Positions 20,100 to 33,200 of a stretch of 64,000 bases of DNA are shown piece after piece; positions within the stretch are counted from its first letter, which is position 1; each line of letters begins with the position of its first letter. The notes beneath the pieces are model-generated. The model made no database searches. It was given only the letters and a program-made list of their open reading frames with translations, and was not told the origin of the DNA. The translations under genes and the position numbers were made by a program. The stretch comes from Nemertoderma westbladi. Taxonomy: Eukaryota > Animalia > Xenacoelomorpha. The stretch is from assembly GCA_032718475.1 (NCBI GenBank), contig JAUCBJ010005016.1, positions 62,001-126,000 of the forward strand, read 5' to 3'.

Positions 20100-22976
20100 A
20101 TGAAATTAAATCTTTCGGGCGTAATGCAGATTTGGCAATCGGTTATTCAAACTCCTTATTACAAGGTTTCACTGTCCGACCCAGGAGACATTTATAATGT
20201 GGGTAAACTAGATAATATTAAAATGGTAGCCATAAAGAATTTCGCAGAAAGCCAGGCACCAATGTATGGTTGGGATGGCGATGACTTTGTAAAAAACAAC
20301 AACATACCGAGATATAAACTCGACTGCCAAGGTGTCCAACTATTAATCAGCCAGAACACACCAGAGGCTATGGAAATTCTGGAAAAGTTCCCCAGTTCCC
20401 CTCCACCGTTGACCACGTACGCTGGTAGAACGCCGATAGGATGGTTCTGTACCGGTCCTTCTATTAAGACTTTAAATGAAAGAACAACTAATGACAAAAC
20501 TTTAACTAACAACATTTACTCTGAAGGCCTTTCTTTTAACTACATCCGTTCGCAACGACCCGTCAGGATCATGGAAGTGAAGAGATTCACGGAGGGAGGA
20601 TCCGCTTTTGGACTAAATACAAAATTTTCAAAATTTCCGGACCATACAAGCAACTCCAGCGATAACGATCTACAAACCTCTTGCTTCAATACAGACGACG
20701 CGATTACAATGTTAGAATACGGAGAATACACACGCTGTTTGCTAACAGAAGTAACCCCATTAACTAACTACTATTCAGACACCGAGGAGGATAGGGATAT
20801 TTTATTGCAAAAAAAAATCGCCGACGCCGCTTTAACAGAAAAGATATCCAATTGGGTGGATCAACAAAAGATGGAAGAAAATTCGCACGATAAAGCCCTA
20901 TCCATCGAAGAAGAACGAGCCATTCAGATCCAAAACGCCACCACCCGTTATATCCCTGAAGAAGGTAGATATGAGACAGGGCTCTTGTGGCGCTCCAAAT
21001 CGGTGAAGTTAATGAACAACCGCGTCTTGGCCGAAAAACGCTTAAGTCAACTTAAGAGACGTTTAAAGGGAGATCCCAACACTCTAAGGATGTATAACGA
21101 ACAAATGTCAAAAACCATCAGCGAAGGATATGCTACCGAGGTGCCACCTGACACTCCCCATACTGATCGCACGTATTATATCACCCATCACTACGTGAAA
21201 AGACCTGATAAACCAGATAAAGTCCGAGTAGTTTTTGACGGATCAGCTCTGTACAAGGGACAATTGCTGAACTCCCAGTTACTAGCCGGCCCCAACCTAC
21301 TGCGTTCACTTCCAGGAATATTGATCCGTTTACGACAATTTGATGTTGCCTTCGCCTCTGATATTGAGGGAATGTTCCTGCAAGTTAAGGTCGTACGGGA
21401 AGATCAGGGCAGGTTACGTTTCCTCTGGTGGCCTGGAGGAGATACGAGTAAGGCACCGCAGGAGTATTGGATGACTATACAGGCCTTCAGGCTAATATCC
21501 AGTCCTTCGAATGCCTGCCATATTGTGTCTCGCACGGCAGAAGACAACAAATACTTATATAACTCTGGAGTAATCAATAACATTAAACAAAACATCTATA
21601 TGGACGATAACCTACATTCCGTGCCCACTGTACAGGAAGCTGTGTCCATTGCTAAAGGAACGGTCGATTGCTTGAAGAAAGGTGGCTTCCGCCTGACTAA
21701 GTTTACAAGTAATTCCAGGGAATTTCTATCTACCATCCCGGAAGCGGAAAGAGGCAGCCACGACTTAGACCTTAGCACCGATGACTTGCCAGCAACCAAG
21801 ACTCTTGGCCTCAGATGGGACACACAGCGGAATGAAATGTTCTTTAATGTTCAAACAAGATTCCCAGGTATACGTACCAAACGTATTTGTCTCAGTATAT
21901 TGAGTACTCTGTTCGACCCTATAGGCTTTATAAGTCGTGTCATTCTGAAAGCTAGGCAGATAGTTAAATCTATGTTGGACCACAATCTCACGTGGGATGA
22001 ACCTCTAGCAGGATATCTGTTAGACAACTGGCTTAACTGGGAAAATGCCCAAACCGACATTGAGAACTTCCGGGTACCCAGAGTTTATTTCCCTAACGCT
22101 CTGCCATCGGACATGTACCAATTGCACGTGTTCGGTGACGCTAGTGACAAGGGCATTGGTATTATAGCCTATTATAGGGCCACTACACCGCAAGACACTC
22201 GGGTGTCATTGGTATCGTCCAAATCTTTGATAAAAAGCAAAGATTTAATGGTGCCAAGGGCTGAACTAAAGGCCACACTGTTTGCAACTACAGTTGCCAA
22301 AAATATTCTGGATGAGACCGATTTCGTAATATCTAGAACCATTCTATGGACAGATGCAGCCATAGTACTAGAATATTTGATTAACACCGTCTGCGGTTTT
22401 AGCATATACATTACAAACCGAGTATAAATAATACTCAACCGCACCAAGTTAGACCAATGGAGGTACATCCCCGGACCTCAAAACCCGGCTGACATACCCT
22501 CGCATGGTGCGACCCCTACTGACCTCTTAAATTCGACCTGTTGGTTGAATGGGCCCGATTTCCTTTCTAAACCGGAAGACCAATCGCCTCCTCATATTAC
22601 CCCGGAGGAGATGAGGCAAGTCAAAGGTCTAGAAATCGTTAAGCCAAAGCTTTATAAGCCTGTTGACATGGCAACCAACAGCTATGTAAACAAAACTAAT
22701 ATTCCAATTACAAACCTCCCCCCAAATATTGATTTCCAACCCGAAACTGCCACTAACGACCTTGAAAAATCCACTGACCAACTACTGTTACCAAATGTGG
22801 ATATGGGCTTATCCCCGTTAATATCTCGAGCCATGAACCATTATAGTTCGTGGGATAAAATGTGTAGGGCTATAACCATACTAAAACAACTCTTTCATTA
22901 TCGATACAGTACTAAGACCGTACCTGTGATAGGCTTAACTGCTAATGAGGTAGATAAATCCAGTTTACAGTTATTA
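20100..22976 (+). pseudogene. BEL/Pao pol, RT and RNase H part
   Basis: ORFs 20100-22427 and 22545-22979 joined through an in-frame TAA (QWRYIPG..NPAD..S.G). Confidence 0.9.
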
Positions 22977-25900
22977 TAGATAGATAGATTTATTTATACA
23001 TTATGTAAAAACAATAACAAATACACCAAACAATGTACCGGTATAAAGGTATTGTGCAACATAACATATAGGATTACCCCTAAAGCTTTGCAGCTTATTT
23101 CCAAGGGGGTCCTTTATGTTACTTGGTTACAAATACAATATTACACTACGCTAACCTAAAACCAATATAAAACGTAATTACACTATGTACATGTACAACT
23201 TTACCGAGAGCGTGAGAATTGTACGACTCAACGATAAAGATGTAATGTACAGAACAATTTATTATAAAACGTATTTACAGCATAAATAGTAAATAATTAA
23301 TAAGCTAATAACTTACTGTAGGACTATTGTACCTATTTTTACATTGCACACGGAGATGAGATTTAACTGCAGATTTAAAAGAATGTTGATTATTTAGGTT
23401 TTTAATTTCATTAGGCAGAGCGTTCCAATTTTTTATGCCGTTAAAAAAGAAAGTATCAGATTCAAAGGATTTACAATTCGGGAGGTAGAAGTTTGAAGCA
23501 CTAGCTCTGGTACTGTAAGCGCGTACTCTGTTGAATTTTTGTTTTAGGTAATTGGGACATTTACCATTATACACTTTATGCACATGGTTAAGGCGTAGCT
23601 GCTTAACTCTACTATCTAAGTTAAGTAGTCCAGATTCAGAAAAGTCATCTGGAGTTAGGTGGTGCCTAGGTTTGTAGTCTTTAATAAATCGTACTACTTT
23701 ATTCTGAGCTACTTGTAATTTACATTTAAGCTGTTTGGTTAAGCCTTCATACCAAGAAGAGCAAGCATAGTCCATGTGACACTGTATTAAAGAAGAGCAA
23801 AGTAACTTGCGGGAGTCGGTGTTCAAACTATTTTGGTTTCTGTATAGAAACCTAAGCCTACTGTTAACTTTCGAGAAAATATTTTTCACTGTACTTTCTC
23901 CTGATAAGCAGTTATCCAATGTGGCGCCTAAATATTTAACTTCCTTTTTATTTTCAATCTTATGTCCATTACTAGTGACTTCAAACTTAGTTACCTTCTT
24001 TAACTTTCTTTTGGAACCAAACAAAATACTTTCAGTTTTACCGTAGTGAATGGATAGCTTATTATCAACCAACCACTCATTACAGGATTCTAGAACTGCA
24101 CTTAACTTTTGGGAAATATGGATAGGATCTTTATGAGAGAAAATAAGAGCACTGTCGTCGGCATATAAAATGAGTTTAAAATCGGGATCTATACTACTTA
24201 TCATATCATTTACATAGCATACAAAAAGCAGAGGACCTAATATACTACCTTGCGGTACACCACAGGTAATCTCTTGTACAGTAGACAGCGATTTGCTAAT
24301 GACTACAGTTTGACCTCTGTCTGACAGGTAGGACTTGAACCAGTCTATAGAACCTACACCCATCAGGCCTAACTTACCAAGCAGAATTTCGTGATCTACA
24401 GTATCGAAAGCCTTTTGTAGGTCCAACATTACCATACCAGTATATAAACCCTTTGCGTTATTACATCTAATTGTATCAGTTAAGTTAATAAGGCAGGTGT
24501 CTGTAGAATATGATTTACGAAAACCGGACTGAAGTTCATAGATCAGATTTAGCCTACTAAGATGTGCCTCCAGCTGTAGAAAAACAGAACGTTCTAGAAT
24601 TTTAGATACAATACTTAAGATACTAACAGGTCTGTAATTACAGGGTTCTACTTTACTATTCTTTTTATACAGAGGAACAACCTTAGCTAATTTCAGTTCG
24701 TCTGGTACTACATTATCTACGATAGAGTAATTAATAATAAAAGTAATAGGCACTTTAAGTACTACAGCACCATCCTTAAGAAAACGGGCAGGTATTAGAT
24801 CTAGACCGGTACTTTTTGAGGCTGATAGGCTAAGTAGATTTTTAAAAACGAAATCCTCAGAAACGGGTTTTAAAAATAACTTTTCTGAATTTTGTAACTT
24901 TTCTAAATAAAAATTATTTAGAGTTTCGGACCCTATACTATATTTATTACTTGATAACGGTAATTTCTTAACTAAATTAGAGGCAACATTAGTAAAATAA
25001 TTATTAAATAAATTACTAACTAGAGTATGATCATGAATCAGCTCACCGTTATCTTGCAGAACAATATTCGATTTAGATTTAAGGTTTTTATAACCTAAAG
25101 ATTTTAGGGTAGACCATAGACTTTTAGGATTATCTTTATTCTCACTTATTTTGTTGTACAAATATTCAGATTTAGCTTTTTTTATTTCCCGTTAGACAAG
25201 GTTTCTATATTTGCAGTAATTATTATAATCAGCTAAAACACGGTATTTCCTAAATTTATACAAATAGTTATCTCTTTCTCTGATATTACTAAGAATACCC
25301 GAGGTCATCCAGGGCTCAGTGCGTTGTTTAAGACTAATTTCTTTAATTGGTGCTACAGTATTAAGTGCCTTTAAAAATATATCTTTAAAAACAGTGTACG
25401 CAAGGTTAATGTCAGCGGCCTTAAAACAGGGTTCCCAGTCAGAATTAACTAACAAACTTAAAAAGCGTTCCTTGCTGTAATTTTTCATAGACCTAACTGT
25501 TACTGTTTTATGATCCCCGAAAAAAGATTTTTGTGTCTTTCTTGTGCAAAAAACTATAAAATGATCGCTTAGACCTATAGGTAAAACCCCAGATTGAGAA
25601 ATAATATCGGTATTATTACAAAGGATGTGATCTAGTAAAGTAGAAGTTTTACTGGTAATTCTGGTAGAATCTCGAATAATTTGTTTTAAACCAAACAAAT
25701 TTAAAATACTTTGGTACTGTTTACAGATGGGGGATGCTTTGTGATGGTAACAGATATTAAAATCACCTAAGAAATATATTTCACAGTCTGACCTAAGATT
25801 ACATAAAATTGTATTTTCAAAATTTTGCAAAAAATCTGATTGTTTAGGGGGCCGATATAAAGTACCGATTAAAATAGGTTTAGTTTTAGGAAGTAAAAGT

Positions 25901-26898
25901 TCCACCAGTAAAACTTCGTCACAAGTCTCTAAATCTTCCCTACGATTAAAAGCTAAATCACATCGAATGTAAGTACAGACACCACCACCGTGTCTGTCCC
26001 TATCCTTACGTAAAACTACGTAATTATCAATATAAATTTCTCCATCAGAAACACTATCATCGAGCCAAGTTTCAGAGATTGTTAAAACTGCTGGGTTGGA
26101 TTTATTGATTAAAATACGAATTTCGGAAAGTTTTGGAAGCAGAGATCGTGCGTTTAAGTGCAAAAAATGCAGACCTTTTTTCTTAAAAAAATTAAAAGTT
26201 TCACTCTCAGCATCACTTGGAGTTTGCAGAGGCGATATGAGAAATGAATCGTCGGTTTCTGATTCTAAAATTGTATCATGAAAGGGAAGTTCGGTAAAAA
26301 TACAGCTATTGCAGAGAAAACTTGGTTCAAGATTGTTTCTGGTGGAGAATAAATTACTGCGTTTCCTACGGTAACATTTTAAATGTACAAATGTGTCACA
26401 ACTCTCGCATTGGACGATCTTACTCCGAGAGTTTGTTCCTCGTTGACAGACGGGACAGTTGATCTTCGGGGCCCGCGTCCTGCTGGGTCCTGGGTTGGTC
26501 TCAATATCCCCAGCCAGAGACAGTAGACAGAGTTTAGCGATTAGGCCTCTAGATCGTGGAGAGGAGACCCAAGATCTTCTTCCCCGACGAGAGCAGTAGA
26601 GGCTAAATCCACTCGTCGATCACATCTCCGTCGATTCGGCGCGGCAGTTCGAAACGGTAGCGACAGGGTGTTCCGCAAACCAGTCCAATACGGGTATTGG
26701 GTGGGTTGCAGGGTTACCCCGCGGATCGGATGGTTCTGCCACAACGAAACGACCCAGAACGATGAAAACTGTGGAGATTAAGAGCGGGGACATTGTGCTG
26801 TCTGGCTGTAGTCTGACTCAGGGATAAAAACTGTATGAAAAGTATTAAAGTAAAGAACTGTATTAAGAGTTTCACAAAGACTGGAGAAACCTGAGAAA
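22977..26898 (-). mobile_element. Near full-length CR1/L2-group LINE inserted antisense into BEL pol
   Basis: 3' end AATAAA + (TCTA)n at ~22977-22995. Removing the element rejoins the BEL frame ...SLQLL|YDQLSIDP...GLIRVGGRL. Confidence 0.9.
23305..26793 (-). pseudogene. LINE single ORF: hydrophobic leader - 2A peptide - PHD finger - APE endonuclease - RT
   Basis: One frame from ATG 26793 with stops at 26620-26622 and 25192-25194. GDIETNPGP; CPVC..CESC..H.KC..CNSC; HLNARSL, SETWL, GDFN, SDH; [23 protein letters not shown]. Confidence 0.9.
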
Positions 26899-28190
26899 TA
26901 TGATCAACTCAGTATTGACCCCCTAACTCCATTAGCGGATAAATTATCCAGTATAATGATAAATGGTTTGATTCGAGTTGGAGGTCGCCTTACAAACACT
27001 CTGATCTCTAGAGACACCATGTTTCCCATACTAATATTTGACCTGGAAATTCAAACCAAGTTGATACAGGACGTTCACTATCGTCTCTATCATGCCGGGA
27101 GGGAACATATATTAAGCGAGATCAGAACTCGATACTACCTGGTACACCCTCGCGCAGCTCCCAACCAAATATTGCGAAACTGTATACCTTGCAAAAGGAT
27201 TTATAGCAAGCCGATGACTCAACTAGAAGCGGCACTCCCTAGGGAACAAATCGAATGTTACCAACCCCCATTCACCCACACCGGCGTAGATCTCTTTGGA
27301 CCCTTCGAAGACAAGCGCGCCCGTACAATGGTGAAAAGATGGTGTGTCATCTTTGTTTGCATGACTTTTCGAGCCATTTATTTGGATATGGTTAACGATA
27401 TGTCAATGAAAAGTGTTATCATTTGCCTGAGAAGACAAATCAGTCGATTTGGTACTAGCCGCACTATGAGATCTGACCAGGGAACGAATTTTGTGGGCGC
27501 CAACAAGGAAATCACTAAATTCATAGCTGATTGGAACGATCACCAGCTAGAGGAACATCTAAGGGTAGCGGCATCAACATAGACGTTTAACGCAGCTGAT
27601 GCGCCTTGGTGGGGTGGAAGTTGGGAACGATTAATTAAGAGTACGAAGATTGCGTTCCACCATATTATCCCATGTAAAGCCTATCTAACTGATGAGCTAC
27701 TCCGAACTCTCTTAGAAGAAATAGCGAGCTATTTAAATGATAGGCCTCTCTTACCTGTTTCATCTAATCCACAAGCGATGGAGCAACTAACACCATCCCA
27801 TTTTATGTTGAGAAAACCAGTAACCATGTTACCGAAATCCACACCACAGGACGGTGATGAGCTGCTGAGACGCACCTGGCAAATGATGCAATTATTATCC
27901 CATCGATTTGCCACACATTTTGAAAGACACTATTTACCATCGGTTCAGCTCAGAACCAAATGGTTTTCTAAGAAGGAAAATGTGTCAGTTGGCGACATTG
28001 TTCTCTTAGTGGATCAAGACCAACCTAGAAAAAACTGGGAAACAGGTCGGATAACAGAAATTCATCAAGGAAATGATGGTTTGGTACTCTCAGTTGAACT
28101 GGCTATTTGGAGAGCTACACCTAAACCTAAAGAACACTATTTTAACTGACCCATCAGACGCCTTTGTTTATTAGAACTGGCAAGGGAACG
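26899..28190 (+). pseudogene. BEL/Pao integrase region
   Basis: H-x4-H...CIPC zinc motif, DDE core, in-frame TAG at 27580, LTPSHF, VGDIVL, W..GRI. Confidence 0.9.
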
Positions 28191-28683
28191 TTCTGGTAAC
28201 TACGGGCAACAGAGAGTTAGACCCAGCAGTCTAACATACAAACTTGAATAACGTCTCGTAATAGGTTACGATTGAGTGTGTAATCATTATTAGCCATTTA
28301 GTACAACGTAGGTATTAATACTGTATTAGACTACACTGCAGGTAGCAACAAAACCTACTTATGTTAATTGTACGTTGTATATGATCGCAACATGTGCAAC
28401 AATTAATTTAACATTAAATTATTTGACTTAAAACTTAACTAATTCCAAATAAGTGACAAATTACTAACGACAATACTCAATCGTGGAAGCGAATTGTGCG
28501 ACGTTACAGGCATAGAAATGTGCATTTTTCAAAAAAAAAAAAAATTTTACGAAATTAAAACTTGAATAAATAATAATTAATAATTAATTAAAATTAATAT
28601 CGCCGTAAATGCCCAAATAACTATTACAGTAGTTACTAATGTGAAATAAGTGTGAGAGGTGAGCATTCTAATTTCTATTTATC

Positions 28684-29757
28684 GGATGTAGGACAATTCG
28701 GTCCCGGACAATTCGGTCCGGACAATTCGGTCCCGGACAATTCGGTCCCGGCCAATTCGGTCCCGGACAATTCGGTCCCAAAACACTAAATAAATGGGAC
28801 CGAATTGTCCGGGACCGAATTGTCCGGGACCGAATTGTCCTAGGACCGAATTGTCCTAGGACCGAATTGTCCGGGACCGAATTGTCCGGGACCGAATTGT
28901 CCGGGACCAAATTGTCCGTTTACTGATAGCAACTTTTTAGTGCTTTTTTGATATTGGTGAATGTTCTAGAACATTTGTAGAGATATTTGTTATGGTAGCT
29001 AGTGTTATTTACTTGCTAGAATTTTTTGAAATTTTAAAAATACTGTATTTTATTTTTATTTTTGTTATTGGTAGTGTTCGAGAACATTATTATATATTAT
29101 TTATTAAGGTGTAGCTAGTGTTTTTTTTTTACTAGCTAGCATTTCCTTGAAATTATAAATAAACTTGTAAAACATTGATATTTCAGATTTAGGCCTAAAC
29201 TGTTGCTGATTATATTAATTACCAACAATATTGATGATATTATAACCGTCCCTGAATGAGATCCAGCTATTATCTAGGATAATAATTTAGGCTTGTTAAC
29301 CAACCAACAACACATACAGTATACTTACGCAATATATTAAAAAAATCAGCTTTAAACATTTTAAATACATACTATTACTAGCTAGTAAATAATTCACAAG
29401 CTCCATAAAAACACCATAGCTACCATAAATAATAATGTTAACAAAAAAAAGTAATTTTTTTTTATTTAAAAAAAATACTAGCTTGTAAAAAAAACACTAG
29501 CTACCATATAATAATATATATTAAGGTTCTAGAACATTCACCATTATATAGTACCAATTAAATTTGGTCCCGGACAATTCGGTCCCGGACAATTCGGTCC
29601 CATTAATATGCATGTTTTGGGACCGAATTGTCCTAGTCAGTATTCGGACAATTCGGTCCCAAAACATAAAATTAAAGGGACCGAATTGTCCGGGACCGAA
29701 TTGTCCGGGACCGAATTGTCCGGACCGAATTGTCCGGGACCGAATTGTCCTGCTTCC
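28684..29757. mobile_element. Non-autonomous foldback/MULE-like DNA transposon with TIRs made of 14-bp repeats
   Basis: Ends GGATGTAGGACAATTCGG / CCGAATTGTCCTGCTTCC. Perfect 9-bp TSD CTATTTATC at 28675-28683 and 29758-29766. GGACAATTCGGTCCC-type arrays in both orientations. Confidence 0.88.
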
Positions 29758-30286
29758 CTATTTATCAATATGTCATGGAACAATTAATTAAATAACAACG
29801 AAACAATGTGTTTCTCAGGAAACATAGTTAGAACTCGTACAACTGTAAATGCAATTGTTTAACACAGTTTGTATGGGAGAGGTAACATTGTTATCATGGA
29901 TACATAAAACAGTGACATTCTGGTAAATGTTTAAAGTTAAGCATTTCTGAACCGTATTTTGAACAAATGTTAGCCAAAAGTGCACAAATAAGCACCAAAT
30001 TAAGCTAAATAGAGTGAAAGTTCCATAAATAGTGTGAGATTTAAGGTACACACAATTGTCCAACCCTCCATAGATACTATAGTTGCAATAGATCAGTGAT
30101 GGCTCCCGGCCAGTCCCCCGTCTCCCTGGCTTGAAGAGAGTTTAGCATTTAGCCACAATGTTTCGGTACTGCAAACTCGATTCTTGCCATAAGGGATTGA
30201 CCAGGGACTGCGCTGCGGCGTGTCTCGGCGCTTTGTGGCGGTGATGCTCACCTACCCCTGTATACACTTATCTACTCGAACTTATA

Positions 30287-33200
30287 ATGTCTCGATCTTC
30301 AAAGACACCCCCCTCTGTAAAGCAACATTCTCAGGAACAACATTCCTTTGTTGACTATACCGGCGAGTCCACCCAGCTCGCCCAAAGTATGGAACTGCGT
30401 ATGGATCCTTCGGGAAGCTACATCGAACCGCCGATGAACTCTGTACAGCGCGACATCGAACAACAATATCGCGAGTTTATTCTCTAATATACTAAACTCA
30501 ACGGAAGTTTCAACAGCTTCCTCACTACTGGTTACCCCATGGACTTACGGGACATTGATGACCAACACGTCGAATGGGACATGAAGATGTTCAAACTTCA
30601 TGTCGAGTAGCAACGTAGAAACGAGACTCAAACTCAACGCGACTACCAGATTCGTGTTGATATCGCAGACGACGACACAGAGAACTTTTCTCATCTCTCC
30701 CGGTTTGAGGACTATGTTATATTTCTCTGTGAGACGTACCTAAAGCCAACAGGATTTACAAACTCTATACCCCAGAGGCGTTCATCCTGATCCAGCTAAA
30801 GAGATCAAACGACTCTATCACACCATGATGTACCTTACTGAAGGTCGCCCGCTCCCTGTCCTCCCCGATGCCTTCTACGACATGGAGGAGTACTGCAAAT
30901 CTGATGTGAAGTCCCCATCTCCGAGCAAAACTGACTTTCGGCTCTGGTATTTGTGTGGTCAATGCCCGCATCCCAACCAACAGGTCTCCACTACGCCTGC
31001 AAACCATCAGCGATGTCCCCGCCATAGTTACGTCAAGTACTCGTACGGTGGGTTTGAGGAAAATCGATTTAATGTCGATGAGAAACGGTTGCGTGGTCTA
31101 CAGAGAGTACGCAAACCTATGATCTGTGTTCCAGCCCGATGTTGCCCATGGTAAAACCCATGACCTTATCCCAGACCGATCCTCGCTTCTCCGAAGCCAT
31201 GTATATGTACTTCCGAGACCTCATCATGGAAGAACAGATAGCTCCCAGCTATCAAGAGGAAGAGCTGACCCCTCTCCAACCCTCTATGATCGGTATCGGC
31301 CGTGGCAGCCTGCTACAGCGTGAGGAATCCATGTGGACCTCCCCCCTCACCTTCGCCAGAACCTCCACTCTGGACTCTCTAAGAAACTCTATTGGCGTTG
31401 ATGACCCGATCAAGTTATCCAGTAAACTTGATGTCATCCAACAGATGCAACTCCCAGAGTTCGAGTCCGAAGTTTGCCTCATCCAAGAGGAAATCGAAAG
31501 AGGAAAGGCCATTTCCCTCGCAGACGCTTTAAAAGAAAGTCAACATCTTCGTGAAGAAGAGGAACAGACGGAGCGTGAATGTTTAAACGACGAGCACGAG
31601 CTAGTTTCCTTGGTCCAACCTGCGGTCCAAACTCTTATGGAAGGGTTCCAAGGTAATGCGCAAGCTCATCCGTCCGGGTCTGTAAAGCTTTTCGGTGTCG
31701 CTTACAGTCAAACCCGAACGATACCTTTTGACACCGACATCTCTAACCCTAACTTGGTCGCTGACGCTCCAATGCTAGAAACCCACATTGTTGAGCCCTT
31801 CCTTGACGAAACCAATGAGTGGATTATCGCTCCTCTCGGTCAAACCGACCAAATCAAGTCATTGATCCGAGAAAATAATCTGGAAAGATATCCTCTCCAT
31901 CCCCCATTCTATGAGATTCAGGACCATCCGGACTTCGTTCTCCTCGATCAACGGTACTTGATAAAACCCGAAGATCCTGCCTGCAGTATGGATTTTCTAC
32001 CTTTAGTTAATCCTCTCGATGTTACAGAAATCGAACCTCTGCAGAAACATTTTGATCACATGGTTAAACTGAACGCCTCCCGTAAACCCTTTAATATACA
32101 AACTATAGAAGACAAACCCGCACCTCCTCGTAATCTCGCTAATTTCATTAGTGATCGATTAATTCACTGGAACGCCGATGTGCGATTTCGGGAAGACAAA
32201 CTCTCTATGGTGATGAAAGAAAAATCCGTCGTAGAAAACGTCCAAAGTTACAAATCGATACTTATCGCCCAAAGCTCCATCGGATCCCTCGATAGCTTAT
32301 GGACGCCAGTTGAAGTGGATGAAATCATTGCGTATCTCGAATTTAACAATACGCTCGAGATTATCCAGCAGTATGGTGTGATGCTATATGACAACAAAGG
32401 TTCTGTTTCGAATCATGAACTCGGCACCACACAGCTGATACATATCCATGGTTTAACTGGAGCCACTCATGTATTCACAAACCTCCCGTAGCTCTAACAC
32501 ATCCTTCACCCCTCCATCCTTCCAGGAAATGTTACCTCGGCATGGACAGTTCGAGAAGTCCTACCGTTATGTTGTTGAAACCAAGCAGCACCATGCGCTC
32601 GGTATCAAACCCTCGATGCTACCACAACCCGTCCTTGACCTGTTGTTCAATGAGAGGATTTGTAAACTTGGTTTGGCAATATACCCCGACCTATACAAGG
32701 ATTTCGACTCATTGTTAGACATTCCTTACCCTTTTGCGGACACGCAAATGATCCTCCCGTGGGCTCAGGAACGCAGCTTTTTCCGCGTTATTTACGAACG
32801 CGTGGGAAGCAGAATGCGCATAGCCGAACGTACCGGCATCGGACATATCTCATTCCATGAACTCGGTTTGGATTTCAAGGAAGGTCGGTATAACCGCTAC
32901 TTAAATCTGTACGGCGATAATTATTCCCGTTATTATTTTAATGGCCCCTTGACCGCTCCGGGTGCAGTTTATTCCAATATTAGTGTCCCCCTTTGGCCTT
33001 CTTTGTCTATTTATATGATTTACGAGAACTCTGCTGTGTCAGGTTGGTTGGCCGATACTTGTAGTAGAACTTTGAGGTCTCACCCCTTACTTCTCGGCAA
33101 CCAGCTTGCCAAGGTCAACCGTGAAGGTAAGTTCCAATGTTTCAAATGTTTTCGAATGTTTTTATTCCCTTTCTTCGGTATTGATAGTCAGTTCCGTGAT

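Larger units (their letters stand above)
19060..28500 (+). mobile_element. BEL/Pao LTR retrotransposon internal region (partial gag-PR-RT-RNaseH-IN), decayed and interrupted by a LINE
   Basis: Triple gag knuckle at ~19515-19720, ALLDTGS protease at ~20015, KVRVVFDGS, DIEGMFLQV, YMDD, LHVFGDAS, GLIRVGGRL, GVDLFGPF, SDQGTNF, APWWGG.WERL. LTRs not confirmed; the ends are approximate. Confidence 0.92.

Noticed and set aside
28668-29791. ORFs with VPDNS/GPNCP repeats
   Set aside because: Translations of the transposon's terminal repeats.
30098-30215. HDV-like ribozyme
   Set aside because: P2-like pairing exists, but no P1 3' strand follows the putative P3. No hammerhead core was seen either.
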